Both the position numbers and the translations under genes were made by a program. DNA of 64,000 bases from the human T2T-CHM13v2.0 reference genome, Homo sapiens. The stretch lies in assembly GCF_009914755.1 (NCBI RefSeq), contig NC_060930.1. The stretch is one strand, 5' to 3'. Positions 41,501-53,339 of this stretch are shown in pieces. The notes under the pieces are model-generated. The model had not been told where the DNA came from. It saw nothing but the letters and a program-made list of their open reading frames with translations, and searched no databases. How positions within the stretch are numbered: the stretch's first letter is position 1; the number at the start of each line of letters is the position of its first letter.

Positions 41501-43868
41501 AGTGATGTTTTACTCAGTCAGAAAGGTAAGCTTAAATCAAAATATCAGAGAAGATCCTGACATGTATACCTTATACGGTTTTAGAATTAGAGAAAGAAGT
41601 CCATAGCATAACTTTGCTTGAAAATTTCCCCAAGTAATGCTGGTCCTCACTTTTCATGTTGGCTTAAGTTACTGTTCCATTGAGATTGGAGCTAAATAAT
41701 TAACGGCAACATCTTCCAAACCTGGAGCATGCACCCAAAATGTACCCAAAGGAACACTGTCTTCTGTTAAGAAGCAGGAAAGTCTATCTTTGCTCTTATT
41801 TCAAATGTGGTACATTGAAGTACATACTGATTTCACTTTAACATCTGTTCAGAGGTGTGGTTATTAATGGCATATAATGGGAATGGCAGGATTCAGGGAA
41901 ATAGATTTGCTTTATTTCTCTATCACCGTTGGCCAGGATGTTGGGATCTAGACTTGGAATCAAACCCATATCGAAGGACTACATTTGTCTGCTTAAATCT
42001 TTACCTGTGTCTTTACTGCAGCTAAAATAAAGAACTGGGGACATATGAGAATTGTTGCTTTCATGAAACTAGCCAGGTGGAGAAGTGAGGTTATGTTGGC
42101 CTACCTAAAAACAGGGAAATATTACCTGTAAACACCTGACCTCCTTGAATGATAATGAAAACATTTCTTAGAGTCCAGAAAAGTCGTTGCTTAAAGACTC
42201 TGAAGGCCTATCTCACTTTAATCAAGAGGTAGACTTCAACAACATGTTAAGTATTTTACTTAAAAATTCAGTCTGCCCATTTCTATTACTGTATACAATA
42301 GTATGATGTGTATATTTTAATAGTTGAAAAAAAATAGCCCCTAAATATTTGGGTCAAAAGCACTTTAAAGACAGCTGGAGAATACAAAGAATACCTTTAT
42401 AATAAAAGTAAGCCACAAAAGTTGAAAAAGTGATGATAATTTTGTGATATAGCAGTATAAGTGTGCAAATTAATCAATAAGTTAATGACTATTTGTTGTG
42501 AATACTATCTACACAGAACTAGATTGGGTTGGGGTGGGGAAAGTGAATAGTACAGAAAGGATATACGATATGATTTGTGTGCCTAGTGAGAGATATAAAA
42601 GAAAGATTATAATGAAGGGAATAATTTCAGAGGTCATGTCATATAGATGTAGGGATTTAAGATTTTGGCATATTTTCTACACAGCTTTTGAAATCGTGTA
42701 TATGTACCATTTCTTTTGTGGTATTCTAAGTCGATGGCTGCTTTTTTGATACCAGTTTTATCTAAGCCTCTATTTGGAATTCCATGGAAGGCACCTTTCT
42801 GTGTCCCTGCTTGTCTGGATCACCTTGTCAACATAATCATGTTTATCAGAAGTTCTAAACCTTTCTGTGTCCAGGACTCCCTGGGTGTCTTAATAATATT
42901 TGGAAGATGACCTTCTGTTGTCATAACAAAGGTTTCTGACCACTTCTGTCAGTCAATCAGTGTTTACACATCTTCAGCCTGTCCCTAAGCACTGACCTGC
43001 TTCTTTAATGTCAAGTAATTGCCAATTCATACTCATGTTATGCATCCACCGCTATTTATTCTGCAATTTCCTAATTTTCTGCCTTCCAATAGCATTTTCC
43101 AGTACTAAAATTTTCCATATTGGTCAGAGTTGGGAAGAGTGGTGACCCAGTAGAACAGGAGAAAGCAAAATGAATTTGAGGGCTAAAAAAATACATATAA
43201 AAATTTTCCTCAAATCTTGTACACCAGGAGTTCTCACATGTTAGTGTGTATTAGCATCATAGAGGCATCCTTTGAGAGCCCTTGAAACACAGGAACCAAA
43301 ATCATTTTTAAATAACATGTAATTAAAACAAGGCCATCTCATTTTGCTCTCTGCCAGGGAGTTCTGATCCTGGGAGCCCCTGGAGAGCCTTTGACAAGAT
43401 TCTAGGCATCCATGGTACTCCTAAGATTATATTTTAAATATTCCATTATGTATTGCATGAGATTGTGTTTGAACACTTGAGAGGGCCCATTGCTTTCAGA
43501 AAATCTCAAAAGCCCAATTTACCCAAACATAGTTTAAAGACTCCCACTGATGCCAGGCAGAGAGAGTTAAGACAACACATTTGAGGAAACATTGATAGAT
43601 ACTAGAATATTGTGGAATAAGAACTTTAGCTAATGTGTAACACTTCTGTTCTTTTTATGCTATTATGATATTAACCTTTGTAATTAATGATTCCCTTCTT
43701 TAGCAATTACCCTCTGACTTCTACTAAGATGTATATCAACCACCAAACAGCATAAATTTTCCATGAAGCACCTGTTATAGGCCTAGCATGGTGTTGGGTC
43801 AATGGTGCACTCAAAGATTGCAGAGTTCCAGCTTGCAGGTTACTCTGGGTGAGGACACTGACATCTAC

Positions 43869-43912
43869 TTTTTTTTTTTTTTTTGAGACGGGATCCCTCT
43901 GTCACCCAGACT
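43869..43912 (-). mobile_element. Extremely 5'-truncated Alu (poly-A plus ~28 nt)
   Basis: T16-gagacgggatccctctgtcacccagact matches only the Alu 3' terminus. Confidence 0.75.
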
Positions 43913-45767
43913 ACTACTGCTAAGCCTCACGAGAGTGAGAACTTTGCTTTTCTTGCCCCAAACTCTGTCTCACATGCTTAGGAGAGCATTTAGTAAATCA
44001 TAAGAGCACAACAAATGATTATTAAATGAGTAAACTGAATACCTCAGGGATTTTATACTGTAAATAGCATAATGATATTACCAGATAAACAAAATCTCCT
44101 CAGTGGCTGATTGAACAAAAATTTTACACCTGGAGGATACTGTAAATACAAGCACTAGAGGACCCAACCAATAATGCATACTAATGAACTACAAAGTTGA
44201 CTCCATAGGAAAAACCAACTGAAGTTTATATATGACAAAGTTTCAAATCTTTCTTTACTCCAGGTGTTTGGTATAGGAAATAACTCAATTAAAAGAGTAT
44301 AGGTTAGGAAGATTACCTCTCCACCACATCCTTTTCTTTAGCAAGCAATAATGTTGATGGCAAAGGATTCGGGGAAATGAAAAGCATGCTGCCTAACCAC
44401 ACATCCAACATGCTCCCATCAATAAGTTTGAAGCAGGCAAACCCTAACCTAGATTTAAAGCTGATAAATCATCTGTTTCGTTTCACTAAACATCAAGGGG
44501 CTGCTCAGCTTTGTAAAGCTGAAACCCTTGTCAGCCTCTGGATTCATTTAAATGGGGACACCATGTTAAGAAAAAAAAAAAAAGCAGGTTATAAGGTTTC
44601 CCTGAAGAATCTCTAGTTTCTAAGTGCATTAAATCCTCCTTCAATTTAGGAAAAAGATTTTTTCTCTCAAAACTCCTGAAAAAGGTTTTTTTTTTTAATG
44701 TATAGATGCCGACTATATCAAATTAGTGATTTCCTATATTAGGTCATTCATTTATTGAAACTGGGGTCCTTTCTATTCCACTATCTCCACAGATGCACAC
44801 ACATATCTTCACATACATTAAAAAAATTTTTTTCTTCTTTGGAAACACCTGTCTTGGGAGTTCTTGGCTGTGCAGCTTCTGGGCATGAACAGGGTCAAGC
44901 AGACAAATGGTGCAGTGACTCTTTTGGAAGTCACATTTGTCCCTGAAACTTCAGTCACCTGGAGACTGCATGCCTCATTGCCTGCAGCAGCTCAATCTTG
45001 ACAGTGTAGAATGAGTTTAGAAATCTCATTTGAGAGAAAAAATTTAAATTGAGAGTCTAAACAGCACAATATATTTAATGCTGAAATGACCGTTCTTTGT
45101 AAATTTTGCTGACTGTGATTTTTTTTTCTTTCCTTTTGTTATAAGGCTGTTGTAATAATCTTGCTCTCATTTGGAATTTTTTATGGGAAAGGAAGATCAC
45201 TGGACTCAGTTATCTAGTACATCAGTTAGGTGCACATTCCTATTTTTATACACAGAAAATTCCTGCTTCGTTTGCTATGCAAACACCCATACACATCATT
45301 CCTGGAATCCCTACTACATTCATAACTCACTGCTTTCAGACACACACTCACACGGCACCAAAACACAAACTCCCCACATGTTAACAATCAAGCCAGGCTG
45401 AAGATGTAAATAGGTGGATATGACACCAGGTGGATGTGTAATCAGTAATAAGAAATACATTGAGCCCCATAATGAAAAGAAATCCCACAAATTGTTGAGG
45501 ATTCCCCCTCCCCCTTCCATTCACTGATTTATTAACCCTGAACAAAGATGTAATTGCAGGGTCTCAGAAATAACTTTTGTTTTCATTTTTCTTTTTTTTT
45601 TTATTTTTGGTATTTGTTTTGTTTGGCCTTGAATTTCTTAATATCTAGTCATACCATTCATTGCCTGTTTTCTTCACTCAGTTGCCCATCTTTTCCCCCC
45701 AGAAATGAAAGAAGCATTAGCTTCTGAGTCTTAAGGATGAGACCTCTGCATTTTCTTTGCTTGTTTA

Positions 45768-46721
<954 letters not shown>

Positions 46722-46726
46722 CGCAT
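46722..46726 (-). CDS. PTCHD4: PTCHD4 initiator micro-CDS (ATG CG) at the 3' end of the upstream exon
   Basis: Minus strand reads gctc ATG CG|gtgaga. Joining to the acceptor at 46410 gives ATG CGA CGG CCG GGA = M-R-R-P-G, in frame with the main ORF. Confidence 0.8.
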
Positions 46727-46908
46727 GAGCAGCGTTCCCTCGGTCTAGCCCTTCATCTCGGTGCTGCAGTCCCCTGGCCTCCCTCGCTGGAGGTGGTTCC
46801 GTGTGGAGCGTCCCACAGATGTGGATTTCCTCTCTGTCTTGGTGGGGTTCGGTGCCTAACTGGAACCATGTGCCTCGGTGTTGTAAGAAGCAGACATGTG
46901 CCCCATAA

Positions 46909-46975
46909 AGGGGGGGGGGGCTGAGGGGGGGAGAGGAGGGAGAAGGGCGGGAGCACGTTGGGGGTGGGGGGGCAG
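46909..46975 (+). other. G-quadruplex-capable G-tract cluster (C-rich in the PTCHD4 mRNA leader)
   Basis: A long G-run followed by ctgagggggggagaggagggagaagggcgggagcacgttgggggtggggggg: more than four G>=3 runs with short loops. Confidence 0.6.
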
Positions 46976-47428
46976 ATAAGCTTTTTTCTTTTTTTAAGAT
47001 GCTGACAGTTATTTTTAGAGTTTTGTGTTCCCTCTTCCCTCCCCGCTGGAGTGAATTGAAGAGGAAATAAATGGTGAAGGTGCTGCTGGCCCATTGGAGC
47101 AAGGGCAATTAGAGCCCAAGGAGTGGGGCATGGAGGGAGACAGCCCCAGGGCTCCAGGAGACAGCCTTCTCGCCCCTCCAGTTTCCCTGTGCCCTCGAAT
47201 TCTGCTTTTCAGCGAAGAAAAGGAGCAGAGAGGATGATGCTGCATTTTTAACACACCACACAGCATGCAAGGGATTTCCTCGCAACACCTTCCTCGCTGT
47301 GATTCCACAGACCAGTCCGCTGCAGCTGAGGGCTGCGGAGACTCCATCTATCCCTGGTGCGTTGGGACCGTCTGGATAGCTTCTTTCCTCTGATGGCTGG
47401 AGAGGAGGCATTTGCCAATAGCAGTAGC

Positions 47429-47458
47429 CTGTGTGCGTGTGCGTGTGCGTGTGTGTGT
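47429..47458. repeat. (TGTGCG)n/(TG)n microsatellite inside the predicted 5'UTR exon
   Basis: gtgtgcgtgtgcgtgtgcgtgtgtgtgt. Confidence 0.9.
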
Positions 47459-47883
47459 ATTGAAAGTGAAGATCTACAGGCAATATGAGGTTTCTCATAA
47501 CATGTTACATTCACTTTCTGTATTCTTGAGATTAAAGGACAGAAAGTTCCTAAAGCTGATTTCAGTCCCCTTTTCCAGTGTCTCCTTCCACCCCTCACCC
47601 ATGAGGACTGTTTCAAGCCATCTGGTTCAGGCTAATTTTCCCCTGTGAGTGGAATTCCAGAAACAGACACTTCCAGACACACCAGGTAGTTTTGCCTGAA
47701 AAAAAAGAGAGTCGGGTGGGTAGAGGGAAACCTATTGGAGTCACTTGTAAAAAACAGTGAACCTCCTTCACTGTATAAGAAAGAAAACCCCCACCAGATA
47801 CAATTCCTCCTTCAGCACCCAAAAGTGTGAAGATGAGGATCTCAGCTTCAGATCAGGTCAACTTCAAAAACTAATATTAATAA

Positions 47884-47885
47884 GT

Positions 47886-47937
<52 letters not shown>
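47884..47937. repeat. (TG)n(TA)n microsatellite
   Basis: gtgtgtgtttgtgtgtg...gtatatatatatat, about 190 bp into the upstream intron. Confidence 0.95.
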
Positions 47938-49299
47938 GAATTTTTTAGGGCAAACTCTAAAGTGTGATTGTGAACTGGAGATTTGCTTTCCAAAGTTTCT
48001 GTTCTTTTTGGAATGACTTCATAGAAAAGATTGAGTTTCAAGAGATGTTCTGTGCACAATTTCTTAATAACAGTGAAAGTGCCCATTTTTAATTAGATAC
48101 TTAGAAAGGGAACCATCTATGCATACAAACAAGCTAAAGGACTCCTTGTCATAATATATACCTTTTATTTTTTTCTACTGGAATTGATTCTTCAGTTAAG
48201 AGACCAATGACACAGCAGAGAGCTCAGAAACAGCGACAATGCTTAAGGAAAAGTGTCTAGAAGAAGGTGTCATATATAAGATTAAATAAAAATTCCGCCC
48301 TTTCTAAATTGAAAGTGACCTTGGCGGCCATTCTGTTTGAATTTCTACTGAGTGCAGGAATAGCTTCTATATTATCTCTGGTAGTTCTCCATCTGGCCCA
48401 TGCTACAACATTCCCAAATTCACAAATTTTTCTAGGAAGCCCATTCTATTGTTACACTGCCTTTTCTTGTATTCAGTCAAACTCAATCTCTTTGCCACAT
48501 TCATAGACTAGTCTTTCCTCTCCTTCAGTGGAGTCACTTTTGCATGCCACTGTCAGATCTTTTTCTCACTTTATATAATGTATTCCATTAGTGACACATG
48601 ATGGGAAAGTTTTGGCTATACAGCAGAGAGGAAATGTATCTATCGTCCATTTTCTATACCTTCGTTATTACATTAAATATACTTGGCTATATCCTCTACG
48701 TTAAATTTTTTAATAGCCTTTATGCAAAATATGCAGTAATAGATTTTAGAAATGGACATTGTTGCATAACTTATCAAGTCCATTTTATAAGTAAGGACAC
48801 TAGAAATGACAGAGATTAAGTGACTTCAAGGCCACCCTCAGAGTTCTCTGTAAAGCTGAGACTGGTCTCTGGCTATCTTGCTTCTCAGCCCATTTCATTT
48901 CCTTCGGTAGCATCAGGCAGCGTACTCTCTTCTCACAACAAACAAATATGTCAGTGTTATTGTCTTTTTTCTTATTCGCTTCATTTCCCACACTTCCTTC
49001 TTCAATAAATTTAATAGAATTAGGGAAGAATAAAGATACCAATGTATAATTGACTAAATAATGTATGGTATATACCTGAGATGAACCACTCTGACATAAA
49101 TGTAAATCATGTTGTAGAATTATAATGGCATGGAAATACATTCACTGAATGTTAACTGAAGAATTAGGTGCAATATGAAACCATTTTGCAAAATAAAAAA
49201 TATACACATAGAAAAAAGATGAAAGATGCATTAGAATGTTTCCGTTTATTGCTAGATGATGGGATTGTGGGTGAACTTATAAAATAATGCATTTGCTAA

Positions 49300-50620
49300 T
49301 TTTAGAATAGCTTTAAATGAAAGGAAATTGGCAGATAGTGTAGAACATTTCCTTATAACCTATGCTCAGTTTCTCCTATTATTAATATCTTACATTAGTT
49401 TGGTAAATTTTTGAAATTAAAGAATCAATATTAATACATTATTATTATGAGTTCATACTTTATTTACTTTTCCTTACTTTTTACCTCATGTTATTTTTCT
49501 GTTCCAGGATCCTATCCTGGATACCACATTGCTTTTCATTGTCTTGTCTCTTTAAGACCCTTTAGGCTATGACAGTTTCTCAGGCTTTCCCTGCTTTTGA
49601 TGAGCTTGACAGTTTTGAGAAGTATTGGTCAGATATTTGGTGGAATATTCCTCAATTGGGAATTGTCTGATGTTTTTCTCATGATTAGTCTGGGGCTAGG
49701 AGATTTTTGGGACGAAGAACAGAAAGGTAAAGTGCCATTTTCATCACATAATATCGAGGGTGCATTCTTTCAAAGTGACTTATCACTGTTGATGTGAACC
49801 TTGATCACTCAACTGAAGTGGCATTTTTCAGGTTTCTCCACTGTAAAGTTAATCTTTTTACTATCCTCTGTACTGTGTTTTTTTGGACAGAAGTCACTAT
49901 GTGCAGCTTACACTTAAGGAGTGGAGAGTTAGGCTCTACCTCCTTCCTCCTTAAGGTTGGAGTCCGTAATTTGCAAATCTTGTGCACAAGATATTTGTCT
50001 ATTTTCTCTATTTATTCATTCATTCATCCAGCCAGTCTTTTATTTATATTGGCATGGACTCATGGATATTTCTGGATATTTCTTTTCTACTTTGGGCTAT
50101 AATTTGAAAATACTTTCTTGCTTAAATTTTTCCAGCTTTGGCCACTGAAAGGAATTCTTTCAGTTGCCTCCTGTGTCTCTGTGATATTCCATTACTGTGG
50201 GGTATTTTCTTCTTTTCTAGGAGTATTACTACTTCCTGGTACTACAAAATGCTGCAGGCTCATCTTGTGTATCTGTCCTATCCCAGTCCTAGAATCAGCC
50301 ACTTCTCCAAGCAGCCTTTGTTTTATTGGAGAATGGTACTACAAACAAAGATCTGGGTGCCAGATATGCTGGTTGTTACTGAGTTATCATTGCTTCTAAT
50401 CCCTGACAGAGCAATGACATTACATGGATGTATACTTATCTATATCTGTGTGTGTGTGTTGTGTATCTGTAATGGTTTTTATATAACTATCTGCATCTAT
50501 ATTAAGCCAACTATGAGTTTATATTTATGACTCCAACTCTCATCTATTGCTACATAGATTATTGTAGCCCCTTTCCCTTGTTTTCCTGCAACCTCCCATT
50601 TCTACAGTGAAAAGTCTGGG
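49300..50620 (-). mobile_element. Old L1 (L1MB/MC-type) 3' region
   Basis: ttccaggatcctatcctggataccacattgc...gacagttttgagaagtattggtcagatatttg...cccagtcctagaatcagccacttctccaag. Confidence 0.75.
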
Positions 50621-51239
50621 TCTATCAGTGATTTAAAAATTGTTTTTCTATAACAAAAATATATATTTTTAATAAGAAAAATAATTTAAAATAAGGAAGA
50701 AAAGCATGGTTGCTCAATTTTTATACTGTGAAAAGTCAATGCCAAATACTATTAGGGATTCATTAGAAAGATAAGTTATATGATAAAAAGAAGGGAAATG
50801 TTAGCAATATTCCAGATTAGCCCACAGAAGGTTAATTTTCACTAAAACATCAGTGGATATCAATCACATGGTAATTATTGCAAATCTGATTTAAAATAGG
50901 GCTTAATATAAAGCTGAAAGTGGTGCATTTAGGGACCAATTAGTAACAACACATTAATTGGTTCTTTAGTTCAAACAGAATTCATGTTTTCTGATATATC
51001 TTTGTCAGTATGAGTTTTCAAGACTTAGAATCAAGTTGGGACTTATTAGCTTGTACTTTTGCAGGATGAGACACCAGAGAAAACTGGACTTGGACACAGA
51101 ATAGCTGAGTTCTAGGCCAATTCCATAATTTACTTCCTAGATGTTTTAAATAAGACACCTAATTATTTGGTCCTGTTTGTTCATAAATATAGATTACATT
51201 TATTCACTTGCTCAATTCACTCATAGCAGTATTCACAAA

Positions 51240-52420
51240 AACTCAGTAAGTTTGCCACATTAATTTATGCTCTAATACTACCAATTCTAACCATTCTAAC
51301 ATGCTAAGCCTCCAAAGCTCAGTGGAATAAAACAAAGTTTTATCTTGTTCAAGGTTAGCAGTCCCTTGTGGATATTTCTGGTCATCCAGGAAAGGAATCA
51401 AGCTCAGGCCTGGATTCCACAAAGTCATTCATCCACCTTCCGCTGATGACTTCAAAGTCCTTCCTGAGGTCATTTCCTAGCCTATGAGTTGCAGAGTTGC
51501 AAATGGGAAAAGAGCCGGAAGAAGCACACCTGGGAGGTTTTGATGGTTTCTTCTGAAATGCATGAGAAACATCACTTTTTCATGCATCTCTCTGATTTGC
51601 ACTTAACCTCCAGGGAGGCTGAAAAAAATGCAGTTTAACTTTGTGCCAAGGGAGAAGAGCAGATGAGCTTGATGATCAGGCAGCAAACTCACCCTCTTTC
51701 TGGATTCTTTGCCCTGTTCACCTTCAGTCCTGATTATAAGTTCAGGGCTATCATCTGACCCCCTTTTGTCATTTTACATCAGACTTTTTCTGCCACTGCC
51801 ATCTCAAGGAATGCTGGCTTGTGGGTTTTAAGAAGATGCTCTTTGACCTTCTTCTGTGACGGGTTTAAGGAGTTTGCCAGGGATTAGCCTCATCGCTTGG
51901 CTCAGGCCTCTTGTATGCAGAAGGGCGTATCCGAGATATAACGTTTTACATTTTAGAGGCAATTTTGGTCTTTAGCATTTTGGTTGTCTGCAGCTGTAAC
52001 TGGCTTGAATAATAAGGACATTTCTTATCTCACATAACAAGATGTCCACAAGAACAGTAGTTATAGAGCTGGTTAATTTAGAGACTCAAGAGTGTAATTA
52101 AGAACCCAGGTCATTTTCCTCTCGGCCTTGCCCATGCCCACAGCTTGAGCTCTGTGCTCATGCTTGCTCCACAGGCAACACACGCAGACAGACAAGATCC
52201 CAAGGAAGAAGCTGCCTCAGCAATTGTGTCTTGTAAGAGTGAAGAAGCTTTTCCCAGAAGGCCTCCAGTAGATTTCCTCTTAAGTCTCATTTCCCATGCC
52301 CATGTCTAAATCAATCACTGGTGAGAGGAATGATAATGTGGTAATTGGCTGAAGCCAATCTGGACTCACACTGGTGCTGGGAATGGGGCCAGCCTCCTCT
52401 CTGAGCACATTGTCACGGGG
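51240..52420. mobile_element. Degenerate MaLR (MLT1-type) LTR fragments
   Basis: ctccaaagctcagtggaataaaacaa...; taactggcttgaataataaggacatttcttatctcacataacaag...ttcccagaaggcctccagtagatttcctcttaagtctcatt. Confidence 0.55.
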
Positions 52421-53339
52421 GAGTTTATGCAGAGTTTGTTTTGTTTTGTTTTGTTTTGTTTTAAACCAGTTTCTTTAGGAAGAAGCATGATAAGATGTTG
52501 GGGATGTTTGGGTCTTGGGCAGCTAACACTAACCTTGATGCTGAGTTTTTCTGTATGAAGCAAATTTGCTTCTGGAGACTGCTTTCTAAATGGAAAATAG
52601 AACTGTAATCTGTTCAAATGAATTGACTTACTGATTTTTAATTCATTTATGTTAAAAAGCTTTATAATGGTACAGGAAGGAAGCCCAATAATATCTGATA
52701 TTTTTAAAAATTATCTTTATTTAAATAGGATATAAGCATATCTTTATTTAAATTATCTTTATTTAAATAGAATATAAGCATATATATTATTCACCTGGAA
52801 AATCTTCTATCTCTATTCACTATATCTTTGAGATGAAACTCAGTGATGTAAGGAGTCCATGCAAGCATCTTTTCTTAAAGTAATAAGAAGTTTAGATAGA
52901 ATTTGCATTAATTGATGACCTAAAATTCATCCTATTTAAGAGGGTACATCAAAGATGACTCATGGGTTCAGTCTTGTTATGTTGTTGCATGTTGTTTGCT
53001 TAAAGCCTATGATAAACACCATTCTTATTCTAATGGTAAAATATCCAACTATATGTTTAACAGTGTAAAAAGAAAGCCTGTAGACACTCACTTTTGTCCC
53101 ATTTATAAATGAATCATAAGTATGGAATTTTCCCCAGAGGTAGTATTTTTCTATGGTGGAAAGTAGTTAAAGTTCTGGAGAAGATTTCAGACAATCAAGT
53201 TTTGTGGGTTTTTTTTTTTTTTTTGTACTAGTTAGTTTAATCACTTAACTGCTTAACCACTATATCACCTTGGTCAAATCATTCCATGTCAATAAACCTT
53301 AGATTCATATGTACAAACCAAAACAAAGTACAGTTAATA

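Larger units (their letters stand above)
46722..47695 (-). other. PTCHD4: Predicted PTCHD4 mostly-5'UTR exon (~974 nt; 969 nt upstream of ATG 46726)
   Basis: Strong acceptor ctctcttttttttcag|G at 47696/47695 on the minus strand and donor CG|gtgaga at 46722/46721. This implies a further upstream exon, which I do not recognise in the window. Confidence 0.7.
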
